This document shows, piece by piece, positions 1-8,088 of a stretch of DNA of 40,814 nt. Origin of the DNA: Alphaproteobacteria bacterium. GTDB lineage: Bacteria > Pseudomonadota > Alphaproteobacteria > Rs-D84. The first letter of the stretch is position 1. Each line of letters starts with the position of its first letter. The position numbers and the translations under genes are program-made. Below the pieces are notes generated by a model. The model saw only the letters and a program-made list of their open reading frames with translations, was not told the DNA's origin and ran no database searches. Location: positions 1-40,814 of the forward strand of contig JAFTNY010000014.1 in assembly GCA_017451625.1 (NCBI GenBank), given 5' to 3'.

Positions 1-394
1 AACGCAAAATTTCTGGCAACTGTTCTACATATTCGATTTTTTCATAGTATGGGTCAATCTTGCCACGTGGCACACACAAAATCTTTTCATCACCACCGGC
101 CTGATCTTCCATCAACAGCGCACCAATTGGCCGCACCTCAATCAAGACCCCTGGGCGCAACGGCGCATTACAAACAACCACACAATCCAACGGATCGCCA
201 TCGTCCCCCAATGTCCCTGGGAAATAGCCATAGTTCGCCGGATACGCCATTGGCGCATGCAAGATTCGGTCCACTTTTAACAAACCTGTTTCCTTGTCAA
301 TTTCATATTTAACATGTCCATTTTCTGGAATTTCAATAATTGCATTCATCTTTTTCGGCGGCATTTTACCAGCCGACAAATTTTCCAACGTCAT
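1..394 (-). CDS. ppa: Inorganic pyrophosphatase (family I), 3' end runs off the window
   Basis: Manual translation from ATG at 394 (GAGG RBS upstream): MTLENLSAGKMPPKKMNAIIEIPENGHVKYEIDKETGLLKVDRILHAPMAYPANYGYFPGTLGDDGDPLDCVVV...MEDQAGGDEK. Contains the KYE, YPANYG and DGDPLD motifs. Not in the ORF track because it is truncated. Confidence 0.95.
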   Translation of the reverse strand, partial: MTLENLSAGKMPPKKMNAIIEIPENGHVKYEIDKETGLLKVDRILHAPMAYPANYGYFPGTLGDDGDPLDCVVVCNAPLRPGVLIEVRPIGALLMEDQAGGDEKILCVPRGKIDPYYEKIEYVEQLPEILR

Positions 395-500
395 AAAAAA
401 CCTCTTATTTTGTTGACAAATAATATCATAAAAAATCCCGATTGCAATCACACCACCAAATAAAAATTCACCCTGCCCACCGCCACATATCTCTAAATAA

Positions 501-529
501 TTGAAATTTTATTTATCGTGTCGTATAAT
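501..529 (+). promoter_or_regulatory. Sigma70-type promoter for leader 1 and Cys-rich gene A
   Basis: TTGAAA (501-506), 17 bp spacer, TATAAT (524-529). Confidence 0.8.
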
Positions 530-534
530 AACAG

Positions 535-781
535 CGAATCCAAAGGGATATTGGGTTCGGGACTTAGAAAATCCCATAACTATGCAGTGCGAAAATCGCA
601 TTGTTATCCGACAGAAACTTTGTCGGCGCATTTGCTGCGTCGTTTATTTTCTGTATCCCGACCATTTTCGGTCGGGAAGTCGTGGCCATATAACAGGGTT
701 CGCCCAAAATCCACGAGGTCATTCATAGTTATGATTTTTCTAACTTCCCGACCGTCATTTCCATGGCGGTTTTGTTTTTTC
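535..781 (+). ncRNA. Structured 5' leader with C4/CI-antisense-RNA-like architecture and terminal terminator (element 1)
   Basis: Hairpin 535-559. Target GGGA-CTTAGAAAA-TCCC plus CATAACTATG (559-584). Hairpin 624-642 followed by a T-rich tract. Switch hairpin TCCCGACC/GGTCGGGA (656-677). Perfect 12-bp stem CGGTCGGGAAGT/ACTTCCCGACCG (669-680/743-754) encloses CATAGTTATG and ATTTTTCTAA, which are complementary to the target. Terminator ACCGTCAT-TTCC-ATGGCGGT plus T-rich tract (751-780). Confidence 0.7.
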
Positions 782-804
782 AAAACACAAAGGGAGTATA
801 GAAA

Positions 805-1656
805 ATGAAAAAACTGATTAGAATATGCACAGGACTAACATTCTGTACCAACGCAAACGCCGGCACACTGGCCACCCAGTGCACATCACTGTTCCCAAAC
901 GCCCATTGCACAACATGGGACGAAAGCAACATCAACGTTTCAGGCAAACGATGCGTCTGCAAAACCTGCCCCAGCAGTTATCCAGACTCTTGGGTTCCAA
1001 ACACGACCAGTGGCGGATACACCTTGATTGCAGGTTGTCAATGCAGCAATTGTTCGTGCACGAACAACCCGGACACAACAAAAACCACCGGTACCTGCAC
1101 CTGTGGCAGCAGCGGTGCCGACTATTCCACATGCACCGCCGCATCAGCCAGCGCAGTGCGATGCAACGGCTCAACCGGCACCACCAACGGCGGATGCTAT
1201 TCATACAGTTATCTTTTAACTGTTGCCGGCCAATACTATTGCCGTCCATATTATGAACAATCATGCACCATCAGCAGTGCCGCCACCGCAAAAAAATACA
1301 GCAAATATTGTACCGCTGGATATGGCGATACATCGTACCTAGAATGCTTGGTAACCAGTTGCGGCACCGGCGCAACAATGAATGCAACCCGCACTGCATG
1401 TGTTTGCAAGGCCGGATACTATGGCTCTAATGGCAGCTGTAGAAAATGCAGCAAAGGTTATTACAAAGACAGCGTTGGCGACGCTGCAGATTGCACAAAA
1501 TGCCCAACAGCCAATGGCACAACCGGCACCACCGCCGGCGAAGGTTCAACATCCATTACCGATTGCTATATCCCCGCAACCCACGAATGGACCAATTCGG
1601 ATGAAAAAGGCGAATACACAGCACATTTTACCAATGACTGTTATTACAATGAATAA
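805..1656 (+). CDS. Exported Cys/Thr/Gly-rich protein A with C-terminal ephrin-receptor-like (GCC2/GCC3-type) Cys module
   Basis: GGGAG RBS; MKK signal peptide ending ANA; about 29 Cys in 283 aa; CKAGYYG, CTKCP, GSTSITDCYIP and CYY C-terminus shared with 20862-21491. Confidence 0.85.
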   Translation: MKKLIRICTGLTFCTNANAGTLATQCTSLFPNAHCTTWDESNINVSGKRCVCKTCPSSYPDSWVPNTTSGGYTLIAGCQCSNCSCTNNPDTTKTTGTCTCGSSGADYSTCTAASASAVRCNGSTGTTNGGCYSYSYLLTVAGQYYCRPYYEQSCTISSAATAKKYSKYCTAGYGDTSYLECLVTSCGTGATMNATRTACVCKAGYYGSNGSCRKCSKGYYKDSVGDAADCTKCPTANGTTGTTAGEGSTSITDCYIPATHEWTNSDEKGEYTAHFTNDCYYNE

Positions 1657-1662
1657 ATCACA

Positions 1663-1690
1663 TCCCCCCAAAAAAACAAGGGGGGGGGGA
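1663..1690 (+). terminator. Hairpin after Cys-rich gene A
   Basis: TCCCCCC...GGGGGGGGGGA inverted repeat just past the stop; weak U-tract. Confidence 0.5.
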
Positions 1691-1713
1691 TTACGTCGCC
1701 AAACAAAAAACGC

Positions 1714-1742
1714 TTGACAAATATAATATTTTGTGTCATACT
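1714..1742 (+). promoter_or_regulatory. Sigma70-type promoter
   Basis: TTGACA, 17 bp, CATACT upstream of AAGGAG RBS and ATG 1771. Confidence 0.65.
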
Positions 1743-1770
1743 ACAAAACAGTAGTATAAAAGGAGCATCT

Positions 1771-2310
1771 ATGTCCAAACAAACAACAATAACAGAGATT
1801 TATGATATCGCCGCTGCATTTATTACAGATCTCAACACAGAAATATCAATTCATGGCAACAATGGATCATTAACATATAAATTTATCAAACACGGATTGG
1901 CTGATTATCCATATTGTATGGAATTACATATTCCATGCGGTGCCCCCGAAAAAATCAAATTAAAGGGTTCTTATACTTTCCACACATCAAAGCTTGACGG
2001 CAAACTGTGCATGCAATGGCACCAACCATACATGACCGACAAAAAACAAGGCGAAGTATACCTGCATCGTGGTACGGCCATAACCGACAAACATCATGAA
2101 CGCACATTAATATTCGCAATAACAAAACACAACGTTGGACGCGCAAACGACAAAACGCAAAGCGACCTGATGCGCTTTATCACACGCCAGATGTCGCCAC
2201 AATTCTTTAAACTGGTAAACTTGGCCGACAAGCGCACCCGTGGTAAAATCCAAACAACCGATAACAGTGCCATGTTATACAACATGATTTATCGTATAAA
2301 ACAAAAATAA
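1771..2310 (+). CDS. Hypothetical protein (basic, ends ...RIKQK)
   Basis: AAGGAG RBS before ATG 1771. The track's TTG start at 1714 is the -35 box. Has its own promoter and terminator; no family recognised. Confidence 0.75.
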   Translation: MSKQTTITEIYDIAAAFITDLNTEISIHGNNGSLTYKFIKHGLADYPYCMELHIPCGAPEKIKLKGSYTFHTSKLDGKLCMQWHQPYMTDKKQGEVYLHRGTAITDKHHERTLIFAITKHNVGRANDKTQSDLMRFITRQMSPQFFKLVNLADKRTRGKIQTTDNSAMLYNMIYRIKQK

Positions 2311-2324
2311 ATAATAATCATAAT

Positions 2325-2353
2325 AAAAAATCCCCCGATTTGGGGGATCTTTT
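2325..2353. terminator. Bidirectional intrinsic terminator
   Basis: AAAAAATCCCCCGATTTGGGGGATCTTTT between convergent genes. Confidence 0.8.
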
Positions 2354-2357
2354 ATTC

Positions 2358-3476
2358 TTACATACGCATCGGCATCAAAACATACAACGCGTCTGTATCT
2401 TTGTCGACCGAATTGATTTTCGTCGGCGCCAATGGATCCTGCATTTCCATCTGGAACTTTTCGCCTTCAACCTGACCTGCAACATCTAACAAGAACTTTA
2501 CATTAAACACAACAGTAAACGAAGTATCACCATTATATTCAATATCTAATTCTTGGGTTGCGGTACCGGCATCCGGACTGGACGCATTGATAACCAACTT
2601 ATTCATACTAAATGTCAACTGAACAGACTTGGTTTTATCAACACTGGCCACCGAAACCAAGTCCACCGCATTGATAAACTGTTTCCTGTCCAAAATCGCA
2701 ATCTTGTCATTACCCTTTGGAATTACAACGCGATAGTTTGGATACTGTGCATCAACCAATTTGCTGGTCAATGTTGCGGCGCCAACTGTGAAACGCGCCT
2801 TGGTATCTGACAATTCAACAATCACATCATCAACATTGGCATCTTCCAACAACTTGGACAATTCACCAATCACACGACGTGGCAAAATTACCGCTGGCAT
2901 TTCCGCACTGCCCACTGGGGCTGGCATCGCACACAGCGCCATACGCTGGGCATCGGTTGCAACGGCGGTCAATTTCTTTTCTTCGCCATCTTCTGCAATA
3001 TGGAAATAGATACCACCCAAATGATAACGAACATCATCTGTTGGGATTGCAAACTTGGTCTGATTAATCAGGTGCGCCAAATCACCTGTTGTCATCTGGA
3101 ACTTGGTGGTTAAATTGCTGCCCGCCATCGCAGGGAAATTTTCCGCCGGCAACGTTGGCAAACGAAATACCGCACGCCCACTGGACACAACCAACTGATC
3201 CCCAGATTGTTTAAAAGAAATCTCTGCATCATCTGGCAATTTACGCACAATATCATACAACATCTGCACAGGAACAGTAATCTTGCCCCCCAGCGTAATA
3301 TCCGCCGCCACATGTTCAACCAATTCCAAATCAACATTTGTCGCAGACAAAACCAAATCGTCTGCCACTTCTATTTTAACATTCATCAATATTGGCAATG
3401 TCGCACGCTTTTCCACGATGGACTGCATATGCCCCAGCGCACGTATCAATACCTGACGAAACACTGAAAATTCCAT
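2358..3476 (-). CDS. dnaN: DNA polymerase III beta sliding clamp
   Basis: 372 aa; KRATLPILMNV, LSATNVDLE, AVATDAQRMA, SKLVDAQYPNY, C-terminal YVLMPMRM. Confidence 0.97.
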   Translation of the reverse strand: MEFSVFRQVLIRALGHMQSIVEKRATLPILMNVKIEVADDLVLSATNVDLELVEHVAADITLGGKITVPVQMLYDIVRKLPDDAEISFKQSGDQLVVSSGRAVFRLPTLPAENFPAMAGSNLTTKFQMTTGDLAHLINQTKFAIPTDDVRYHLGGIYFHIAEDGEEKKLTAVATDAQRMALCAMPAPVGSAEMPAVILPRRVIGELSKLLEDANVDDVIVELSDTKARFTVGAATLTSKLVDAQYPNYRVVIPKGNDKIAILDRKQFINAVDLVSVASVDKTKSVQLTFSMNKLVINASSPDAGTATQELDIEYNGDTSFTVVFNVKFLLDVAGQVEGEKFQMEMQDPLAPTKINSVDKDTDALYVLMPMRM

Positions 3477-3616
3477 GATAACGCTCCTGTTTCCTTATCT
3501 ATATATGTGTTGTCCTACACTCTTTTGATTCAACTTTAGCAAAAAACACCGATTCGGCGCAAGACCAAAAGCGCAATAAAAAAACACCCCGCATCACATT
3601 GGAAATAAAATAACAT

Positions 3617-3702
3617 ATAATGGTGCAGATGCGGCATGGGGCCGGCAACGTAGTGTACAAACGCTACATGAGTTGCCGGCCCCGCCCACAGATACGCCAT
3701 TA
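3617..3702. repeat. Palindromic intergenic repeat, copy 1 (REP/RPE-like)
   Basis: 12-bp perfect stem GGGGCCGGCAAC/GTTGCCGGCCCC (3638-3683) around GTAGTGTACAAACGCTAC; 3617-3677 nearly identical to 21926-21986. Confidence 0.85.
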
Positions 3703-3706
3703 GATT

Positions 3707-4465
3707 TTATTTTAACAGCACTTTCTCTAACTTGGCGCGCAACTTCTTCATATCGTCATACTTGGTAAACTTGCCCTTTTCCGCGATTGAAATATCGCCG
3801 GACTCTTCGGATACGACCAAAACAACGGCGCGCGACACCTCGCTTAACCCCAGTGCGGCACGATGACGCGTGCCATACTTCCAATTCAGGTTGTTCTGGG
3901 ACAAGGGTAAAATACCACCTGCATATGCAATACGTTGATTTTCAATAATCACCGCCCCATCATGCAGGGGTGTTTTGTTAAAGAAAATTGTTAACAACAA
4001 TTCGCTGCTGATTTTTGCATCAATCGCAACGCCTTTTTTATCGATTGCACTTTCATCCAGCGTACTGGGAAAAACAATCAATGCGCCCGTATGCTTGGCA
4101 GACATATATTCCACCGCCGACACAATCGCATCCAACGATTTGGTATCTTTGGTCTTTAGCCCACCACGTTTTAACACGCGCCGCCACCCTTCGATATTCC
4201 CCAACAAGGCCATAAACTTGCGCAATTCTGGCTGGAACACAACAATTAAACTTAACGACAAGAACAGCGCCGTATAGTGCAAAAAACTGGCCAGCAAATC
4301 CAACCGCATCCACGACAACACAAAACTTAACACCCACAGCCCTGCCAGCCCCAGCAACCCACGCACCAACTTTTCAGACTGTGTATTCTGAATAAAACTG
4401 CGATAAAACATCCACATCATTATCGCGATAATTAAAACCTGAACCAATCCAACCCAATTAAACAT
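3707..4465 (-). CDS. cdaA: Diadenylate cyclase, CdaA/DacA type (3 TM plus DisA_N domain)
   Basis: Three N-terminal hydrophobic helices, VVFQPELRK, PLHDGAVII (DGA), YGTRHRAALG (RHR), VVSEESG. Confidence 0.93.
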   Translation of the reverse strand: MFNWVGLVQVLIIAIMMWMFYRSFIQNTQSEKLVRGLLGLAGLWVLSFVLSWMRLDLLASFLHYTALFLSLSLIVVFQPELRKFMALLGNIEGWRRVLKRGGLKTKDTKSLDAIVSAVEYMSAKHTGALIVFPSTLDESAIDKKGVAIDAKISSELLLTIFFNKTPLHDGAVIIENQRIAYAGGILPLSQNNLNWKYGTRHRAALGLSEVSRAVVLVVSEESGDISIAEKGKFTKYDDMKKLRAKLEKVLLK

Positions 4466-4490
4466 TTTGCTCTATCCTTTTCTTTGATGT

Positions 4491-6575
4491 TTAAAAATTA
4501 TTTCCGTTATTTTCTAAAATACTGTTAACCAACTCTGCCATTGGTCGCCCCATCCATTCTGGATCATCCCTGTACAGTGGCGCGCCACGTTCCATGGCGG
4601 TTTCGCATGGATTATCATCGGCCAGCCAATTTTCCAACAGATCCCCCGCCACCAGTCCAATACCGGTCCCAGCCACCAATCCAATACCACCTGTAAATGG
4701 TGCCAGCAGCAATCCCAAACCTGTGGCCGATGCTACCTTGCCTGCAACCGCCGCCCCACTGATTCTAATGTCTGGTTCCGCCAAACTGCCGGTCAGTTCA
4801 ATCGAATTTACCACCTTGCCCGTCAAAGACAACTTCAATCCACGCACTGGCACCGTCGTCAAAGACAATTTCATTTCTTCATCACCCAGATTCAACGCCC
4901 CTGCCAATCGAATATTAATTGCATTTGTTTCGACCGCCACGCCGTTTTGTGTTTCAAACACCCCATCACGCAACTTGGCATTCAATGCAACACACGAAAC
5001 CTTGATTTGATTGTACTTCTTTTCAGAACTGAACAAATCTTGAATACCATGCCGCAGTGATGTCAGAAAATCCGTCCCATACATATATGACACCAATGCC
5101 GAATGCGCATACCCCGCCGCCACAGAATAAACATAGACTGGCCCTGTGATGGTCTGCATCACTTCGGATAAATTTTTTCCATTTGCTTGAACATACATCT
5201 CGATATTCACTGGCAATTCAGACAAGAAATCCGCCTTGTGAATCTGTTGCAAGACTTCCCCAACATAAACACGTTCACCAATAAGACCAACCTGTCCCCA
5301 GATATGACCATCGGCATCAATATCTGCATCAATCGCCCCTTCGACATCGCCACCTGCAACTGTTGCGTCAATATCGATTCGCGCATGATTATCTTGCGCC
5401 CTCAATGTCAAATCAACATCTTGAATATTCAAATCACGATATACAATCAAATTATCAACATCTAAATACAAATTAACCGTCTTGCCCAAGAACTCCCCAC
5501 CAAACAGCGGTATATCTTTAAAGACATTTAAATCGCGATTCGGTCGAATCCACTGATGCCCATACATATTTGGAAACAGGCGTGCCAACTCTACATTATA
5601 CGAGTGAACATCTGCATTAACAACCGGCACCTTCTTGGACCAATCATAACTGCCCGATACGGTAAATTCTGTACCATTAACCATCACAGACGATTTACGC
5701 AACGTCAACTTTTTTCGATCTAATCCACCGGCCACATTCAGTCGCACACTGGGAACCCCTGACCAGTCTTTGCCAATAATCCTGCCAATTAAATCCATAT
5801 TCGGAATCTCGCCCTTGATAATAAAATCAATCGGCATTTTACTGGTCCCTTCCAGCGCAACATTTGCAATCAATGCCTCGCCCCCCATGGACAACGCCAC
5901 CTGCACAGGATAAATCTTTCTTTCAGAATTATATTCACCAAACCTTATCACAAATGGTGATACATCAACATCTGCCTTGATCCAACCTGTATATTCACGC
6001 GCATCCCTTGTCGGTGCCAGACGAACATGAAACCCAGACATCGAATACACATTTCCCAGAATATTCGCCCGCAGATTTTTAACCTCTACCCCACCCAGAC
6101 CTGCATCTTTGAACGGATATTTTTCCACCGTCGCAACCGCGCCATCTGCCACAACGACTTGACCACCAGACGGCATCACCGAATACTGTCCATCTGCATT
6201 TTTTTCAATATTAATTTTGGCATCATAAACTTTTACATTTTGAATTGTGGGCCTATCTCGAAACAAAGAAATCAGATTCAGTCGCACATCAATCTTCTCG
6301 GCGCTGAATGCATACTTATTTTTCGCCCACGCCGCATTTGCAACACGCACCTGATTCAGTTCAACATGTGGTCGCACAGAAAATTTCCACGACACTGCCC
6401 CATCTATCTCAACCGGCAACCCTGTTGCATCCTGCAACATCGCCAACACATTCCCACGCAAAGTTTCTAAATTAACCTGACTTAACGCAACCACAACCGC
6501 CACAACCAGCCCGACAAAAAACAGGCCGAAAATCCGCACAATCGAAAAAAATACACTTTTTCTTTTTACTTTCAT
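4491..6575 (-). CDS. AsmA-family protein
   Basis: N-terminal TM anchor, ATGLPVEIDGAV and RVANAAWA-type AsmA start, beta-rich body, C-terminal G-INL and ELTGSLAEPDI motifs. Confidence 0.8.
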   Translation of the reverse strand: MKVKRKSVFFSIVRIFGLFFVGLVVAVVVALSQVNLETLRGNVLAMLQDATGLPVEIDGAVSWKFSVRPHVELNQVRVANAAWAKNKYAFSAEKIDVRLNLISLFRDRPTIQNVKVYDAKINIEKNADGQYSVMPSGGQVVVADGAVATVEKYPFKDAGLGGVEVKNLRANILGNVYSMSGFHVRLAPTRDAREYTGWIKADVDVSPFVIRFGEYNSERKIYPVQVALSMGGEALIANVALEGTSKMPIDFIIKGEIPNMDLIGRIIGKDWSGVPSVRLNVAGGLDRKKLTLRKSSVMVNGTEFTVSGSYDWSKKVPVVNADVHSYNVELARLFPNMYGHQWIRPNRDLNVFKDIPLFGGEFLGKTVNLYLDVDNLIVYRDLNIQDVDLTLRAQDNHARIDIDATVAGGDVEGAIDADIDADGHIWGQVGLIGERVYVGEVLQQIHKADFLSELPVNIEMYVQANGKNLSEVMQTITGPVYVYSVAAGYAHSALVSYMYGTDFLTSLRHGIQDLFSSEKKYNQIKVSCVALNAKLRDGVFETQNGVAVETNAINIRLAGALNLGDEEMKLSLTTVPVRGLKLSLTGKVVNSIELTGSLAEPDIRISGAAVAGKVASATGLGLLLAPFTGGIGLVAGTGIGLVAGDLLENWLADDNPCETAMERGAPLYRDDPEWMGRPMAELVNSILENNGNNF

Positions 6576-7543
6576 GGCAGTTTAAATTCCAAGAAACGCA
6601 TCACAGGCACCATAAAATCCGGCACCACCGCACGCAGTGTCATCATACGCCCCGTCCGCGGGTGCTGAAATGTTAACTTATACGCGAACAAAAACAAGTT
6701 ATTTGTTTCCAACATCGCCGCCAACGGCCCATTGGCGACTTGTCGGCCGCCATACAGTCCATCACCCACAATCGGCGCACGCAATGAAAACGCACTGTGC
6801 AGTCGTAATTGATGTGTTCGTCCTGTCTTGGGCGAAAACTGAACCCACGACAAATGCCCCGCGGCACTGCCCAACACACTATATTCTGTAATCGCACGTT
6901 GCGGACGTGGTCCCGCACCTTCGTTCAACCGATTCGGCACATCAAAGACCTGCCCCTTTAACATATAGTTATCTATAACACCACGTCTTGGGTTCACGTC
7001 CCCATTCAGCAATGCCAAATATTCCTTGTGCGCCGTCTTGGCCTGAAATTGATTGGCCAGATTTTGTGCCGCACGCTGATTTTTCGCCACCACTAACAAA
7101 CCACTGGTTTCTTTATCCAGACGATGCACCAACGCAATCTTGTCATATGGGAACAATGCAGCCGCCATTTTATCCACAGACTTTCGAATCCCCGTCCCGC
7201 CCTGTACGGCCAATCCTGCGGGTTTATTGAAAACGACAATATCTTCATCGTTGTGAACAATACACTTGCGCAACATTTCTAAATCTGCCAAAGAAAACTT
7301 TTCACCGGTTTCTGTTTTCTTGGCACGCACCTCGGCATAGGCCATAATTGTCGGCGGAATACGTATCACATCGCCTGTACCCAGAACCTCGGTTCCACGC
7401 ACACGCTTTGAATTCACACGAATTTGTCCGCCACGACATAATTTATAAAACTCGCGCTGGGGCATTGATGGAAAATGTCGCAAGAACCAACGCAACAAAC
7501 GCGTTCCATCTTCTACCTTGGAAACATTAACAAACTCCGCCAT
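6572..7543 (-). CDS. RluA-family 23S rRNA pseudouridine synthase (RluC-like, S4 domain)
   Basis: GQIRVNSKR, NKPAGLAVQGG, VHRLDKETSG, TGRTHQLRLH, PIVGDGLYG. Confidence 0.93.
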   Translation of the reverse strand: MAEFVNVSKVEDGTRLLRWFLRHFPSMPQREFYKLCRGGQIRVNSKRVRGTEVLGTGDVIRIPPTIMAYAEVRAKKTETGEKFSLADLEMLRKCIVHNDEDIVVFNKPAGLAVQGGTGIRKSVDKMAAALFPYDKIALVHRLDKETSGLLVVAKNQRAAQNLANQFQAKTAHKEYLALLNGDVNPRRGVIDNYMLKGQVFDVPNRLNEGAGPRPQRAITEYSVLGSAAGHLSWVQFSPKTGRTHQLRLHSAFSLRAPIVGDGLYGGRQVANGPLAAMLETNNLFLFAYKLTFQHPRTGRMMTLRAVVPDFMVPVMRFLEFKLP

Positions 7544-7574
7544 ACTAAAACCCCGCTTGGCACAGAATAAAAAC

Positions 7575-8039
7575 TTATTCGCCGTATGTTATCTGGACAT
7601 AGTTCGTACCACTTGCCCCTTTGCACGAACCTGTTGCCCCACCTTCTTTTTTGTTCGATGAAATATACCCCACCGAATCAGACCATGCCTTGGCTAACAG
7701 CGATTCGCATTCACCCTGCCCCAGCCCACCAATTTTTACAACAAATTGACGCGGATTAGATGGATCCACCGACAGTTCATAAGTACCCCCATACGGATTC
7801 TTATTAGACATACCAATCGCACTAAAAATTGTTGTTCCATTCATATTTGAAAAATCGTCGTATTCACCATGAATATTACGCACCATGGTCACCATCTGCA
7901 CAACTTCGTCATTTACCGTCGTTAACTTTTGTGTACGCATCGCCGTCGATATCATACCGATTGCCCCAACGGTAATAACACCCATAATGGCCAACACCCC
8001 CAGCATTTCAATCATCGAACGTCCAGATTCTTGTGTCAT
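7575..8039 (-). CDS. Type IV pilin-like protein with atypical prepilin site
   Basis: MTQESG|RSMIEMLGVLAIMGVITVGAI: Gly at -1, Glu at +5, hydrophobic helix; NPYGG motif and a C-terminal Cys pair. ATG 8039 preferred; TTG 8045 possible. Confidence 0.8.
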   Translation of the reverse strand: MTQESGRSMIEMLGVLAIMGVITVGAIGMISTAMRTQKLTTVNDEVVQMVTMVRNIHGEYDDFSNMNGTTIFSAIGMSNKNPYGGTYELSVDPSNPRQFVVKIGGLGQGECESLLAKAWSDSVGYISSNKKEGGATGSCKGASGTNYVQITYGE

Positions 8040-8088
8040 TTTCAACCTCTATTTGCTATTTAATTAATCTTATTCTATCATAAAGATT

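Noticed and set aside
535-781. Leaders as known metabolite riboswitches (c-di-AMP/ydaO, c-di-GMP, SAM, glycine, T-box)
   Set aside because: No conserved aptamer motifs were recognised. The two copies conserve pairing but not loop sequence, which fits antisense pairing better than ligand binding.
518-808. 96-aa ORF spanning leader 1, with its stop overlapping the ATG of gene A
   Set aside because: Its GTG start lies inside the promoter, upstream of the likely TSS, and leader 2 has no equivalent frame. The region is better explained as structured RNA. A short internal frame from ATG 731 cannot be excluded.
805-1656. Diversity-generating retroelement or invertase shufflon acting on the Cys-rich genes
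   Set aside because: No reverse transcriptase, recombinase or near-identical template/variable repeat pair is present; the paralogs are similar only at the protein level.
1680-1689. G10 homopolymer as a phase-variation tract
   Set aside because: It is intergenic, forms one arm of a hairpin after a stop codon, and lies outside the next promoter's spacer.
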